A stretch of 64,000 nt of DNA from an uncultured virus (IMG/VR IMGVR_UViG_3300025000_000001) (Duplodnaviria; Heunggongvirae; Uroviricota; Caudoviricetes), in the IMG/VR virus record IMGVR_UViG_3300025000_000001, one strand, 5' to 3'. The notes under the pieces are model-generated. The model made no database searches. It was not told the origin of the DNA and saw only the letters and a list, made by a program, of their open reading frames with translations. The position numbers and the translations under genes were made by a program. Every line of letters starts with the position of its first letter. Position 1 is the first letter of the stretch. This document shows positions 17,813 to 28,975 of this stretch, piece after piece.

Positions 17813-19805
17813 ATCAATCTTCTTCCTGTAGGTTTTCACGATACATATCAAACCACTCAATAAAGGCAATGCAAACTCTTACTTGTTGGGTATTCAGAAC
17901 CGCTTCATTCGGAATAACTTTATGAAAATATTTCGCAGCGTAAACACACATGCGATTTAACTTTTCAAGTTCAATAAGGTCATATTTGTTTGATACAATC
18001 TTACCGGCGCATTCTGCTTGAAGATTGCTGACGGAATTCATCAAAAATAAAAGCATCATATTTTTTGATAAATTCACATATGCTTTGTGCTTATTTTCAA
18101 AATCAAATACAAGATTTCCATATCTGGTAATTACTTTGTCGCCCTTAAAAATAATCTTTCCATTTTCGTGAATCATATTTACTCCTTTCAAATTGTGTTA
18201 CGATAGACTAGAATACGTAACCTTCCGTCACATCTAGCATTGGTGAACAGATGATAATTCAAACAAATAAAGTATAAATATATCTGATCACCAGACTAAC
18301 CCTCCGACCATAAGCCATATCTTGTCGATTCAAGACCGTTACCACAACTGTAGCTAGGGTTAGTTTTTCCTAAAAAGATATTGAAGTTATCTCAATCTCC
18401 AAAATCATTGTACCATAAAAGACTTATTTTGTCAAGGGTGAAATTACTCTGATAATCTTGAAATCGTAAGGAACGCCTTTTCCAATCAATCCTTCTGAAA
18501 ATATGAAATTCTGTGTCAAATCTGTTTCTTCATCTGTGTTCAGAGAAAGATTCTCACTTAAAAAATCTTTTCCAGAAATTTCAATTTCATAAACATCGGA
18601 ATATTCCTTATCTGTATCAATGCCACAAACAGAAAACTTCAATCCATTACAAAGAACAACAGTCCACCCCGTATCCAGAACTTTGGCATACGTTTCATGT
18701 TCGCTGTCATCAATTACGATTTCAATTCCGTAGCCAAGATCAAAAAGGTTCTTCATTTTCGGTAAGGTAATGGTTTCCAAAGAATCATTCTTGTCAGAGA
18801 AGTGTAGATTGTAAAAGTCATCTGGAACTTCAACGATTTCAAAACCATAATCATCCATCTCTAGGACTCGGTCAATGGCTTCTTCTGAATCCTCACAACT
18901 AACTAAATAATGTTTCATAGTTTAATCTTCCCAATCTCTTTCTTCTTCCCTGCTCAAATCATCTTCTGCAAAATCTTCAGAAATATCTTCTCCGTTCATT
19001 TGCAGAAAACAATCCTTATAACCAGAACGATAAGCGTCTTCTAAGACGCGTCTAATTCTTGATCTTTGATCTAGGCTTAGATACTGATAATTTAAAGCAG
19101 CATCCATCTCTTCCATAAATTTAGTAACCAACATTGTTCAAAGCCTCCCTCAATCGTTTTTCTAAGTAGTTTGCTCGCTGATTCATCATAGAACAAACTT
19201 TCGGAGTTTCCCTCCGATTTTTATAAGTATAAATACGCAATTCACTAATCTCAGTTTCCAAAACTTTTACAGCGTTTCGAACTCGAAAATGAGACTTATT
19301 CGGATGACTTGCAATGAAGTCGAGCAGAACATGATTGGTGGTGTCCATAATTCTCCTTTTTAGTCAGACCAACTTAAAATTTTATTTCGAAGTAAATCAA
19401 ACAGTCGAAACATTGCTAGATCGTGAGCATTTCGCCAATTGTCTGTACATTCAGCGTAGAAAAGTTTCTTCTCCCAGTCCATAGGAACGAATAATTCTTC
19501 TGTCATTGGATATTTATTGTAGTATGGCAACATATTAACATCTTCATAATATCCAGAAAGAAGATTCTGAATAATCTCTAACGCCTGAGAAATTTCAGAA
19601 ACAATTTCGTCTGACCTGGCGTTATAAGCCTTATCGCTTTCAAAGAAATCTCTCATGCAAGAAAGTTTCAAAGCAATAACTTTCAGTAGATGATCAGCAT
19701 CCCAGTCTTTGTCGGTTGCCAAAATAGGGCCAAACTTGGTAATGTTCTGAACGTACAAATTACTGTCAACCTCATCTGGCAACTCAATTTCGATTTTAAT
19801 TTTCT

Positions 19806-20657
19806 TCATTGTTCCTCCGGTAAAGTTTGACCACCAACAACACGATTTAGAGATTTATCGCTAATCCCACGCAAGTAAATTTCAGTAGTGCTAAAATTAG
19901 CGTGGCCCATTGCTTGCTGAATAATAAAACCATCCACGCCATTTTCCATTAGCTCATGAGCAAATGAGCGCCGAAGTGAATGGGGGCTAATGCTCTTTTC
20001 CTTGATTCCCGCTCTCTCGCAAATGGCGTTAATTCTCCAAGCGACAGCGCCGTTGGTCAACTTTCCACCACCACGATCAGAGACGATCAGATATTCTTCA
20101 TCTGGATTATTTCGAACAAATTCAGCGGTGAGCTTGTACAAAAACTCATTCATGGGAACTTTTCGTTGCTTGTTCCCTTTACCCCGAATTTTAATAAATC
20201 TGCTCTTGAAATCAACGTCTGCAACCTTGATATTGACCGTTTCTTCCTTACGAGAGCCGGTATAAAACATCAGAGCCAACATAAGTCTTTCATTGTCGGT
20301 CTTGCAAACCCGAAACATCTTATCTCGTTCTTCGTTAGTCAGAACATCATGGACATCTTTCGGAACCTTAAGTTCCTTGATTTTGAAAACACTGTCAATA
20401 TATTCGTTGTTTAAGAGCCACATATTGAAAGCTCGAATAGAACGAATATCGGCATTGATGGTTGAGTTCTTCAACCCCTCGTCCTGTTTTGCCTTTACAA
20501 ACTTAGACATCACATCGCGAGATTTGATCAACTTGTACTCTTCAAGAGTATCTATTTCCATGATACTCACAAACTCAGTCAAAGCCTTTTCGTAAATGTC
20601 GCGAGTTCGCTTCGCCTTGTCTAGCAACCCTGCTAAATATTCATCAAGTTCTTGCAT
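19806..20657 (-). CDS. Tyrosine recombinase (XerC/XerD-like)
   Basis: Intact catalytic set: TGSR..E, GKGNK, HSLRR, MGH, TTEIY; SAM-like N-terminal domain. Confidence 0.95.
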   Translation of the reverse strand: MQELDEYLAGLLDKAKRTRDIYEKALTEFVSIMEIDTLEEYKLIKSRDVMSKFVKAKQDEGLKNSTINADIRSIRAFNMWLLNNEYIDSVFKIKELKVPKDVHDVLTNEERDKMFRVCKTDNERLMLALMFYTGSRKEETVNIKVADVDFKSRFIKIRGKGNKQRKVPMNEFLYKLTAEFVRNNPDEEYLIVSDRGGGKLTNGAVAWRINAICERAGIKEKSISPHSLRRSFAHELMENGVDGFIIQQAMGHANFSTTEIYLRGISDKSLNRVVGGQTLPEEQ

Positions 20658-20710
20658 ATCTATCTCCTTTGTTTATCTTGACAATATTTTAGCATAGAAA
20701 TTTCTATCTG

Positions 20711-21166
20711 TCAAGAGGCAATTTTGTCAAATTTAGTTGAGTTTGGTTGTTCCCACCAATCATTTTCATTATATAAATAAACATATAAGTCTAATTTATA
20801 ATAAATAGCTAAGTCCATCATTCCCTTAGTACCTCTGGACTTTCCATCCCAAAAACATAAAACATAGTTTTTACCCCCTCTATTTGCCTCTAGGAGCCTC
20901 GCCATGACCTGATTACGGATCATTCCGGCCTGTTTACCATATTTGTTCCAATCAGCCTCTATGACCGTTGTGGTGAAGCCTTTGGCCTTTCCAAATTCAT
21001 ACGCCAGAGCATCAGCGCCTCTAGCGCCACCAGAAACAATTTGAAATTCTTCCCTAGTTATACCAGGATTTTCATCTTTTATTTTCTGCAAGAAGGAAAT
21101 TACGATTTCTTTAAATCTGGAATAGTCAGTAAAATCTCTGCTGCCAGCAATGAGTAAATTAATCAT
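20711..21166 (-). CDS. SLOG-superfamily protein (DUF2493/YspA-like)
   Basis: IAGSRDF, IVSGGARGAD, ADW.KYGK.AG.IRN and FWDGKSRGT. Confidence 0.88.
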   Translation of the reverse strand: MINLLIAGSRDFTDYSRFKEIVISFLQKIKDENPGITREEFQIVSGGARGADALAYEFGKAKGFTTTVIEADWNKYGKQAGMIRNQVMARLLEANRGGKNYVLCFWDGKSRGTKGMMDLAIYYKLDLYVYLYNENDWWEQPNSTKFDKIAS

Positions 21167-21866
21167 ATTGAATCGTATGCCAGATATTCATAAAGATTCT
21201 TTTGCATTCTTCGTCTTCTGAATTATGCCAACGATCATTGGCGATCTGAGAAATAATCTCAATCAATTCATCGTCACAGATTAACTTTTTGGTTTCAGAA
21301 ACTTTTACATAGACTTTTAGGACGTTTGAAATTTCTTTGGTATCCATTAGACTTTCTCCCTATCCAATAGTATCACAAACCTTCATTTCTGTCAGGTGAC
21401 TAAAATCTATTGTCAACTCTATCACCAACTTAAATTTTTCCGTATTTTCCAAAATAGGAACGCCATAAGCGTCATATTCCTCTGTTGCAATCCTTAAAAA
21501 TTGGATTTTTGCATCAAAATAAGTGTCATCTCTTTTAAGCATATCTATCACATGAGTCAATTGCTTCTCTATTTTTGCCTTATCGGAGGTAGACAACTCA
21601 TATTTAACTAATTCTTTAAACATTGAATTCTTCTTTATCAATCCATTTTAGAGGAAACTGAGGTTCGGGATAATCTTTCAAAGGTTTATAATATATCAAT
21701 AAAGAATAATAAATATCCCACTTGTCAGAATGAGACAGTCTTTCTTCACAAGTTTTACAAAATCCAACCATCAAACTCGAAGAAGAAATAACCACCGCTG
21801 TAGACAGAACAGGCGTGGCATTTTTTCTAGGGTGTAAGATACATCTAACCTTTTTCATTTCTTCTC

Positions 21867-22391
21867 CTAAAAATTAATCTTTATTGGTGTAAGAGCATCT
21901 AAACTAGGGATAAGGGCGAATTTCTGTAAGAGTTTTGCTGTCATGCGGGCATCATATAATGCGTTGTGTGCATTTTCTACGGGAATACCTGCCTTTTCGC
22001 ACGCAAAAGCCAAATTGTTCTTTTCTCCAGGCCAATATTTTCTAGCCAACAAAAGTGTGTCGATTGATTCTGTAAATCTAAATCCTCTTTCGTTTAGAAA
22101 GCCACAGTCAAACTTAGAATTATGATTGACCATAACATTTCCAACGAACATTCTTGCAAGATCGTCCAGAACATCGTCTATCAATCGGCCTTTAGAAATC
22201 ATCTCTCTCGTAAATCCGTTTACCTCAAGAGCTTTGTCATCTACAACCTTGTAAGGATAATCTTTTACTACAGAATAATAATGACCAACTGGAGTCAAGT
22301 CTTCAGATAAAAATACAACCGCAACAGAAACGATTGCGCCAGTCTGAGGATACAAACTGCCTGTTTCGAGATCGCACACAGAGTAGATCAC
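21867..22391 (-). CDS. DEDDh 3'-5' exonuclease (DnaQ-like)
   Basis: DLETG, HNSKFD, IDTL and HNALYDA. Confidence 0.92.
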   Translation of the reverse strand: MIYSVCDLETGSLYPQTGAIVSVAVVFLSEDLTPVGHYYSVVKDYPYKVVDDKALEVNGFTREMISKGRLIDDVLDDLARMFVGNVMVNHNSKFDCGFLNERGFRFTESIDTLLLARKYWPGEKNNLAFACEKAGIPVENAHNALYDARMTAKLLQKFALIPSLDALTPIKINF

Positions 22392-23259
22392 TATAATTCT
22401 CCGAAAAATTCGTCCAACGTCTTTTCACCATAACCAAGAGCGGCCATACACACTCTTAATTTTTGAAAAACCGTATCCGTTTCTCTTCCGTCAAGCCACA
22501 GATCAAATTCCCTGTGAACTTTGGTAATCATCTTTGTTTCAGGATTATATAGACTAAACTTCAGCACATACTTATCGTTATTTTCGTTTTTCATATTTAT
22601 TCACTCCTTATCATATTATATATTTGTGTTCTAACTCGTAACAGGATTAGTAAATCTTACCATAACATCATATGTCGCTTTTTTACAATTACAACTCGCA
22701 ACAGTAAACTCATCACCTTTAGTTTTATAATATGCTCTTAGTCTATTGACAGTTTCTTTCGATATCAAAACATTCATACCAAAATAACTTCTTTCCCCGT
22801 TGAGTCGGTGACGTTCTATTTCTGAAATCATAACATCAAAGGTTTTCATTTTGTAATTCCTCTATAAAGTTTAGTTGTTCATAAGTCAGTTGAGGAACTT
22901 CCAAGTCTTGCTTCTTTGAAGAATAATCCTCTAGGGTTTCACTTATTTTAATTAAAATTCCATCTTCAGAAAAAATTCTATATGAGCCAGGACATACTTC
23001 AGTGATAATTTCGGGGCGACCAGTAATTGTTTCTCTGCGATATCGAATATTATGTTTTCTCATTCTGCAAATAGAAAGACCATTGTATCTTCTGGCCGAT
23101 TCTGGAACAACATAGCGGAGAACAAATTCGTGTGCGCAATCAGGGCAGATAATTTTGTTTGGCATATTTCTTTATTTTTCCTTATTTTTGTTAGAATTGT
23201 CTGGAATATAACCAAAATTAGTCACATTCCAGACAAATTCTAGGGATAAAAGTTTAGTT

Positions 23260-24009
23260 TTAGCGATTTCGATTGTTTTGGTTGTGAAACTCGGCTTCCG
23301 CCTGCTTTAGTACGTCTAAACGCCGTCCAGGGGGTGTTTTTTCTTCTTTGGTAGAAACAGTCTCTAAGACTTGCCGAATTGTAGTCGTAAAGACTTCTGC
23401 AAAACCACAAATCAAAAACGTCCCAATCACGGCAATTGCAGAAACCAGATTATATAAAAGGGGAATTTCTTGGAATTGGCTATTGCCAATCATCAAGAAC
23501 ACCGGACTAACATCAAGGGTTGTGTCAATCAGCCAGATAAAGGCTCCCAAACCAATAGCAACCCAAACGTCTGCTGTAACTTTGTGCGCTCGAATTTGTT
23601 TCCACTTATTTTTGATAACGGCAAAGAAAAATATCTGTGCCGCCGCAAAGGTTAAGCTGAAAGCAGAGCCGAACCAGACAGAGCTAACTCCAAAGGCTTC
23701 CAAGTTTTTACCAAATAGAACGGACATGGCGATACCACCCATTACAACGTCCATTAGGTTTGCCAGAGCCAAGCCACCAAACAAAATGATAACCTTCATA
23801 AAGTCCAGAAAAATTTCCAGATATTCCAAAGAGGTTGCCCAGATGTTTCTTTCTTTTCTAGCTGGGGTTTGGTTTTGATATGCTTGTTGAGGTTTTTGGT
23901 TTACCTTCGGTTGATAACTGTTCGGTTTTTGAGGTCGAGTTTCCTCAAAATGATTGGGGTCAAACTGGGGGATGTAACGAGATTCTTTTTCATTCGGTTT
24001 CTGAAACAT
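23260..24009 (-). CDS. Multi-pass membrane protein with a Q/P-rich N-terminus
   Basis: About four hydrophobic segments. Confidence 0.65.
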   Translation of the reverse strand: MFQKPNEKESRYIPQFDPNHFEETRPQKPNSYQPKVNQKPQQAYQNQTPARKERNIWATSLEYLEIFLDFMKVIILFGGLALANLMDVVMGGIAMSVLFGKNLEAFGVSSVWFGSAFSLTFAAAQIFFFAVIKNKWKQIRAHKVTADVWVAIGLGAFIWLIDTTLDVSPVFLMIGNSQFQEIPLLYNLVSAIAVIGTFLICGFAEVFTTTIRQVLETVSTKEEKTPPGRRLDVLKQAEAEFHNQNNRNR

Positions 24010-24021
24010 TCTAATTCCTCT

Positions 24022-24270
24022 CTAAATTATACAAATTAAAAATGCAATAAATATTGCAAGAATTAAAAGAGCCTTGATTTCTTTGATTAGTTTACACCTC
24101 AGACCCTTTCCTGGTTCTTTTTCATGTGCCGAAAAGGGAACTGAGCCTCTTTCGTTTCCCCAAACTTCATGCCCGCCAGTCGTTCTCAGATGTTCTAGTC
24201 CGTTATCTTTCGAATACTTGCGAAAATCATCCCAGGTTTTACACTCCTGTAAGTTCTTCTTTTTCGACAT
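24022..24270 (-). CDS. HicA-like (dsRBD-fold mRNA interferase) protein with a C-terminal hydrophobic tail
   Basis: GL...RTTGGHEVW...VPF..H.KE..KGL...LIK pattern; ends in LLILAIFIAFLICII. Confidence 0.65.
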   Translation of the reverse strand: MSKKKNLQECKTWDDFRKYSKDNGLEHLRTTGGHEVWGNERGSVPFSAHEKEPGKGLRCKLIKEIKALLILAIFIAFLICII

Positions 24271-24967
24271 CTTCATCTTCCTTCAAAAGATCGTCTAATT
24301 CTTTCTCAGATAATTTCTTAACTGAGCCAGCAAATTCAACGCTATGTGATTCCAGAAAAATCACAACCAAGTCCAACAATTTATCCGCAACTTCTTGAGT
24401 TGAGTTTTCTAAGAGCATCGATAATTCGAAATAGGTTTTATTTTCTTCAGTCATGCGAAACATCCTTTTTATTCGTTCCAATGATTGATCAGGGTTCCAA
24501 CGGTAAGGCCAACTATTGCCAAAGTAAAAATTACAACAATCGTAAAAGGAATGGTATACTCAGCATTACCTCCTTTGCCGAAATTAATCCAATCGTATTG
24601 AGACATTTTCGCAAGAGAAATTCCGTAAATTGATCCCAAAATGAAAGTTAGTAAAAACTTTATTTTACCCATTAGAGTCGTTTTCATTCTTTTTCTCCAA
24701 GACTTCAAAAATCATTCTCGCAAACCAGAGCGGAATTACAAAGGTTACAGAACTTCCCTCTTTTCGTTCTCTTATCCCAAGACCGGGGTCAAAGGCATAC
24801 ACAAACAGTTCTGGAAAAATTTCTTCAAACTTATTCTTTGCGGCAAGATATGTGTCAATTTTTTCTTTTGCGTTCATAATTTCCTCTTTCGTGATTTGTC
24901 GCCTTTTCTCATTTGGTGACGATAGTATAACACAAAATACCCCTGTTGTCAAGGGTATTTTGAAAGT

Positions 24968-27574
24968 CTATTTCAAAGATCGGTTAATTTCAGAACCCAA
25001 TCTTGATGCCGTCCGAATGTTCTCGTTTTCCAAAGCCACATTAAAACGCCCTTCGATTGCTCTAGCTTCAGCCATTTTCAACTGTTGTCGTCTAACAATT
25101 TCTTCCTCACATGTACCAATATAATACACATAGAAAATCCTGTTCTCTAAGGTTGAATTAGCACGATAACCACGCCTAGAAGCCTGGGATACAACGTTTA
25201 CATGGTAACTTGGAATGTAGAAAATATAAGTAGGACACCAAGTTAGATTGATGCCAACATTGACTAATTTCGGGTTACTGATAAAAACATCGTTTGATTC
25301 AATGTTCTTCTCAATCAACTCTTTGCGATCAATCGGAGAAACGCTTGGGCGCAACCAAAAAACCTTGAAACCTTCTTTCTCAAGAATTCCTTTTAGGCGT
25401 TCAGGAATGTTCTTGCCGCGCATATACTGGCCTTTTTCACTCTCGCCGCTGAAATCAGTGTACACCCAAACCTTACGGTTTTCAGACTTTTCTTTGCGGA
25501 TTAACTCGATCAGTTCTCGCTCTTTCTGCAAGAGGTTTTCTGGATTCAAATTGGCTGGGTTAACAATTTCACTTTCTTCACCCTTTTCGATTACAATTGA
25601 ATGCCAGCCAAAAGGATTGTTTACATAATGTCTCTGCAAACTGTCTTGATACATCTTGTAATTGTAAGAGTTTGCATCTTGCAAATCTTTTCCAAAGCGG
25701 TTTTCAGCAATTTTCAATTCTTCATCTGGTACAACGGGGATATATTTTTCGACTAAATCAGGAAGATTATTTCCAAGATCATCCAGATTTGCAAAGATAT
25801 AATTTTCAGCCAAGAACTTTGTAAAACAGACGGGGTTTACACCTTCAATTTCTTTGAATTGACTATCTGAAATCTGGGAGCGTCCGCGCCGATGATAATA
25901 TCGCTTATCATCTACGATTTTACTTGTTGCCTGTAATGTTCCGTACTTCTTTACAAATTCTTCTTTTTCTACAACACCATCTTCAACCATTTTTTGAGAC
26001 ATTAATCCCATTAGAACATTGTGCAAAGATGAAGAATATCCATTGTTAGAAGTTCCAGACAAGCAAATAACTTTATCACCGTGATTGAAAACTGTCCTTA
26101 TGGCGGTTCCAATAATACTATCTGAGTTATTAGATTCATGTGCTTCATCAGCAATCAGGAAATTGAAACGAACACCTTTTACTTTGATGTAATTTATTAA
26201 AGATGTTTTCTTGGTCTTATCGTATGTCTGCTGCCAGAGAACAGAATCACAATTTCCACATTTATAATTTGATTTTCGTGGTTGACCAACAAAATCATCG
26301 GCCTTAAAAAATACATCTTCGGACTTTCGATTTTCATTTTGTAAGGCTCGGCCACAATTCGGACACTGAGCAAACTCGATCAGAACTTCTCGTTCTACAG
26401 CCTCAGTAAATCTTGACCAGCTATATCGTTTTTCCTGACTTTTTACTTTCAGTTTGCGAGAAATATTACGAACACCACCAACCAACTTGCTATCCAACTT
26501 GAAAGTTTCCTTACCAACAAGGTAAAACGTTGGTTTTACAGGCTTCGGATTATAATTTCGAATAAAGTCAACCGTAGATCGGATGACATGAATTTCCGCT
26601 TCATCGTCAATGCTATCAATGATTTCTTTTTGCCATTGCTTCAAAGTAATTGCTGGCGCTACAATTAAAACATCATAATTCGTTTTTCCGTTCTCTTTTG
26701 AGAGCGAGTGAATGGCTTTCACGCTTAGACTGGTTTTTCCTACGCCCATTTCTGCACCCAGATACAATGACTTAGATCGGCGTAAAACTTCAATAGAAGA
26801 TTGAATAATTGAAACCTGTCCATCATAAGGTTTGATTTTTCCCTCAAACATAAATGGACTGATTCTGTTTGGATCATACAAAACTTGAATATTTTCCTTT
26901 AGTTTATTTCGAATGACATTACTAAATTCAAAAATATAATCTTCCATGTCTTCAATCTTATCCCAGTCATATTCGCTGGAAAATTCTGGAAGCCTGAAAG
27001 ACCCAAGTTTACCAAGAAAAGTATTTACATCAACAAAGTACACTTTCAGATTTTCAAACTCTGGATTGTTGGTAACGACTGAAATTTCAGAAACCCAAGT
27101 ATAAGATGATGAATAGTACGAATTTGATGCTTTAGTTTCTTGTAAACCAATCATTCGTTCTACTAATTCTTCGTTTACTGGAATAAAATGCTTTGCTCGC
27201 AAAAAATCAGTAATTTTCTTGATCTTAGAACTTCCATCCCAATCAAAAATATACGAACCCACTTCCGAGTTCGAAATTATCGTGTGAGTAAATTCTCCAG
27301 CCCGATCAAACTTATATCGCCATCGAACACCAGAAGTATTCAGTTTTAAGGAATAATCCTCATTCTCTCTATCTCGAAGTTCCACGCTAATTCCGCCAAA
27401 TCTTTCTCCAGAAGAAATCACAAAATCGCTCGCAACTTTTTTAGTGCGAACATTGATATCGATCAGAGAAATCAAGACTGGTAAATTTCCATGTAGCACC
27501 AACAAATCTGCTGAACAATTTACAGTAGATTTATTTCCGTTAGTTCGAACATATGGCATTGAAATTTTACTCAT
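24968..27574 (-). CDS. SNF2-like SF2 helicase/ATPase with a Zn-ribbon insertion
   Basis: EMGVGKT, IVAP, CPNC...CGNC, ADEAHE, LSGT, VGINL and QASRRGYR. Confidence 0.9.
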   Translation of the reverse strand: MSKISMPYVRTNGNKSTVNCSADLLVLHGNLPVLISLIDINVRTKKVASDFVISSGERFGGISVELRDRENEDYSLKLNTSGVRWRYKFDRAGEFTHTIISNSEVGSYIFDWDGSSKIKKITDFLRAKHFIPVNEELVERMIGLQETKASNSYYSSSYTWVSEISVVTNNPEFENLKVYFVDVNTFLGKLGSFRLPEFSSEYDWDKIEDMEDYIFEFSNVIRNKLKENIQVLYDPNRISPFMFEGKIKPYDGQVSIIQSSIEVLRRSKSLYLGAEMGVGKTSLSVKAIHSLSKENGKTNYDVLIVAPAITLKQWQKEIIDSIDDEAEIHVIRSTVDFIRNYNPKPVKPTFYLVGKETFKLDSKLVGGVRNISRKLKVKSQEKRYSWSRFTEAVEREVLIEFAQCPNCGRALQNENRKSEDVFFKADDFVGQPRKSNYKCGNCDSVLWQQTYDKTKKTSLINYIKVKGVRFNFLIADEAHESNNSDSIIGTAIRTVFNHGDKVICLSGTSNNGYSSSLHNVLMGLMSQKMVEDGVVEKEEFVKKYGTLQATSKIVDDKRYYHRRGRSQISDSQFKEIEGVNPVCFTKFLAENYIFANLDDLGNNLPDLVEKYIPVVPDEELKIAENRFGKDLQDANSYNYKMYQDSLQRHYVNNPFGWHSIVIEKGEESEIVNPANLNPENLLQKERELIELIRKEKSENRKVWVYTDFSGESEKGQYMRGKNIPERLKGILEKEGFKVFWLRPSVSPIDRKELIEKNIESNDVFISNPKLVNVGINLTWCPTYIFYIPSYHVNVVSQASRRGYRANSTLENRIFYVYYIGTCEEEIVRRQQLKMAEARAIEGRFNVALENENIRTASRLGSEINRSLK

Positions 27575-28898
27575 GTGATAATTCCTTGATTTTGATTATT
27601 CCCTGTTGATCGGCGTACAGAACGTTTAGATAGGGAAGTGATTGTTTTGTAACTTTACTTTCTGTAACTACGTTCCCTTCGTCATCGTTGTATTCTTTTT
27701 CGTCTGTTTTGATGACGGTCTTTACGCCACCGATTGCAATATGGCGGGGGTTTCCTTCTTCATTCATTTCTGCGTTAATGTATCCAGAAGCGATAATGTT
27801 TGCCAGTTCACTAGACTTTGGTTGACGCGGCATCGTCAGTTTCTTTACGCCGTTATCTTCAATGTCTACTTTTTCTTTTAACCATTTCCACGCTAGAGAT
27901 TTCGAACTGCTGACATATTTTTCTTTCTTCTGAACGTATTTGAAATTTTCAAAAATACTCTTTAGATCGACGTTCGGAAAGTTGATATAATATCTGGAAA
28001 TTTCTTCATACTGTTTCAAAGTAAAATTCTTAGGAAACGTGAGCCAATTTTTCCACTGACGAAAACTTTCTTGATATTTTCCAGTCTCATAAGCATTACT
28101 AGTATCTGTTGGAGTTTTTGCAGTTGCGTAAACTACGATTTGACTGTACTTCTCAAATTCGTTGGGATTGACTTTATACATTCCCCGAACATCAAAGAAG
28201 CGACAAATCAAATCTAAGCAATCCTCAACGTCATCCTTTCGAAGAACCATAATAATCGGAGAACCGTAATCGCTATTATAAGCCTGATGATTTTTCTCTT
28301 TCAGATATTCTCGTTCTAAAATCATTCGAAGATAACGCCTGGCGTTTCGCTCATTATTACTGGAATGATAGGGAGGATTGAAAAGCATCATTCCAACAAA
28401 TCGCTTTGGAAGTTGAAGTTCTTCAAAAGAAGTATTGTAACATAAATCAGTTTGTTTCTTTGCTTTTTCAAACCGACCTTCTTCAATCTCATTTGCGATC
28501 AGAGTAATTCTGTTCCGATGTTCACTCGGAATAAAACCAGTCCAAACCTTCAACCAATCACCTTCACCGGCAAATAGATCAACAATATTGGTTTTCTTGC
28601 CCTCATATAATCCAGGATATTCAATTTTGATAAACTCTGGAATTTTCTCATATTGACCAGAGATCAAAAAGTGTTCGTAAACAGAATAAACAGGAGAGAC
28701 ATCGTTATCTAAAGCATTCGAGATAAGACGACTCATAACAAGAGAACCACCAACGGCTTCAATTAGATGGTGATTATTTCTGAAAGAATAATAATCAACG
28801 AATTGTAAATTGCAAACTACCCCGATCATACGGTAAGTCTCAATTGGATCAGTGGGGTAGAACAGCATTTTTGAAGTTGAGTGTAAATCTGAGGCCAT
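27567..28898 (-). CDS. N6-adenine methyltransferase-like protein (DUF6094-like) coupled to the SNF2 helicase
   Basis: FYPTD, DLFAGEG, ANEIE and FNPPY; overlaps the helicase start. Confidence 0.8.
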   Translation of the reverse strand: MASDLHSTSKMLFYPTDPIETYRMIGVVCNLQFVDYYSFRNNHHLIEAVGGSLVMSRLISNALDNDVSPVYSVYEHFLISGQYEKIPEFIKIEYPGLYEGKKTNIVDLFAGEGDWLKVWTGFIPSEHRNRITLIANEIEEGRFEKAKKQTDLCYNTSFEELQLPKRFVGMMLFNPPYHSSNNERNARRYLRMILEREYLKEKNHQAYNSDYGSPIIMVLRKDDVEDCLDLICRFFDVRGMYKVNPNEFEKYSQIVVYATAKTPTDTSNAYETGKYQESFRQWKNWLTFPKNFTLKQYEEISRYYINFPNVDLKSIFENFKYVQKKEKYVSSSKSLAWKWLKEKVDIEDNGVKKLTMPRQPKSSELANIIASGYINAEMNEEGNPRHIAIGGVKTVIKTDEKEYNDDEGNVVTESKVTKQSLPYLNVLYADQQGIIKIKELSHE

Positions 28899-28946
28899 AA
28901 AATTCTCCTGTGTTTTTGATTTCTCTTAGTATATCACACATGGCAA

Positions 28947-28975
28947 AAACTGTCAAGAGGTTATCTTGACAGTTT
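28947..28975. terminator. Hairpin whose stem contains the -35 box of the MTase/helicase promoter
   Basis: AAACTGTCAAGA-N5-TCTTGACAGTTT. Confidence 0.6.

Noticed and set aside
18195..18400. tmRNA, fifth tRNA or second intron
   Set aside because: No acceptor or T-arm signature and no interrupted gene; kept only as an unknown structured RNA
19806..20657. Prophage boundary or att site at the recombinase
   Set aside because: Phage-like genes continue on both sides and no host junction or att duplication is visible
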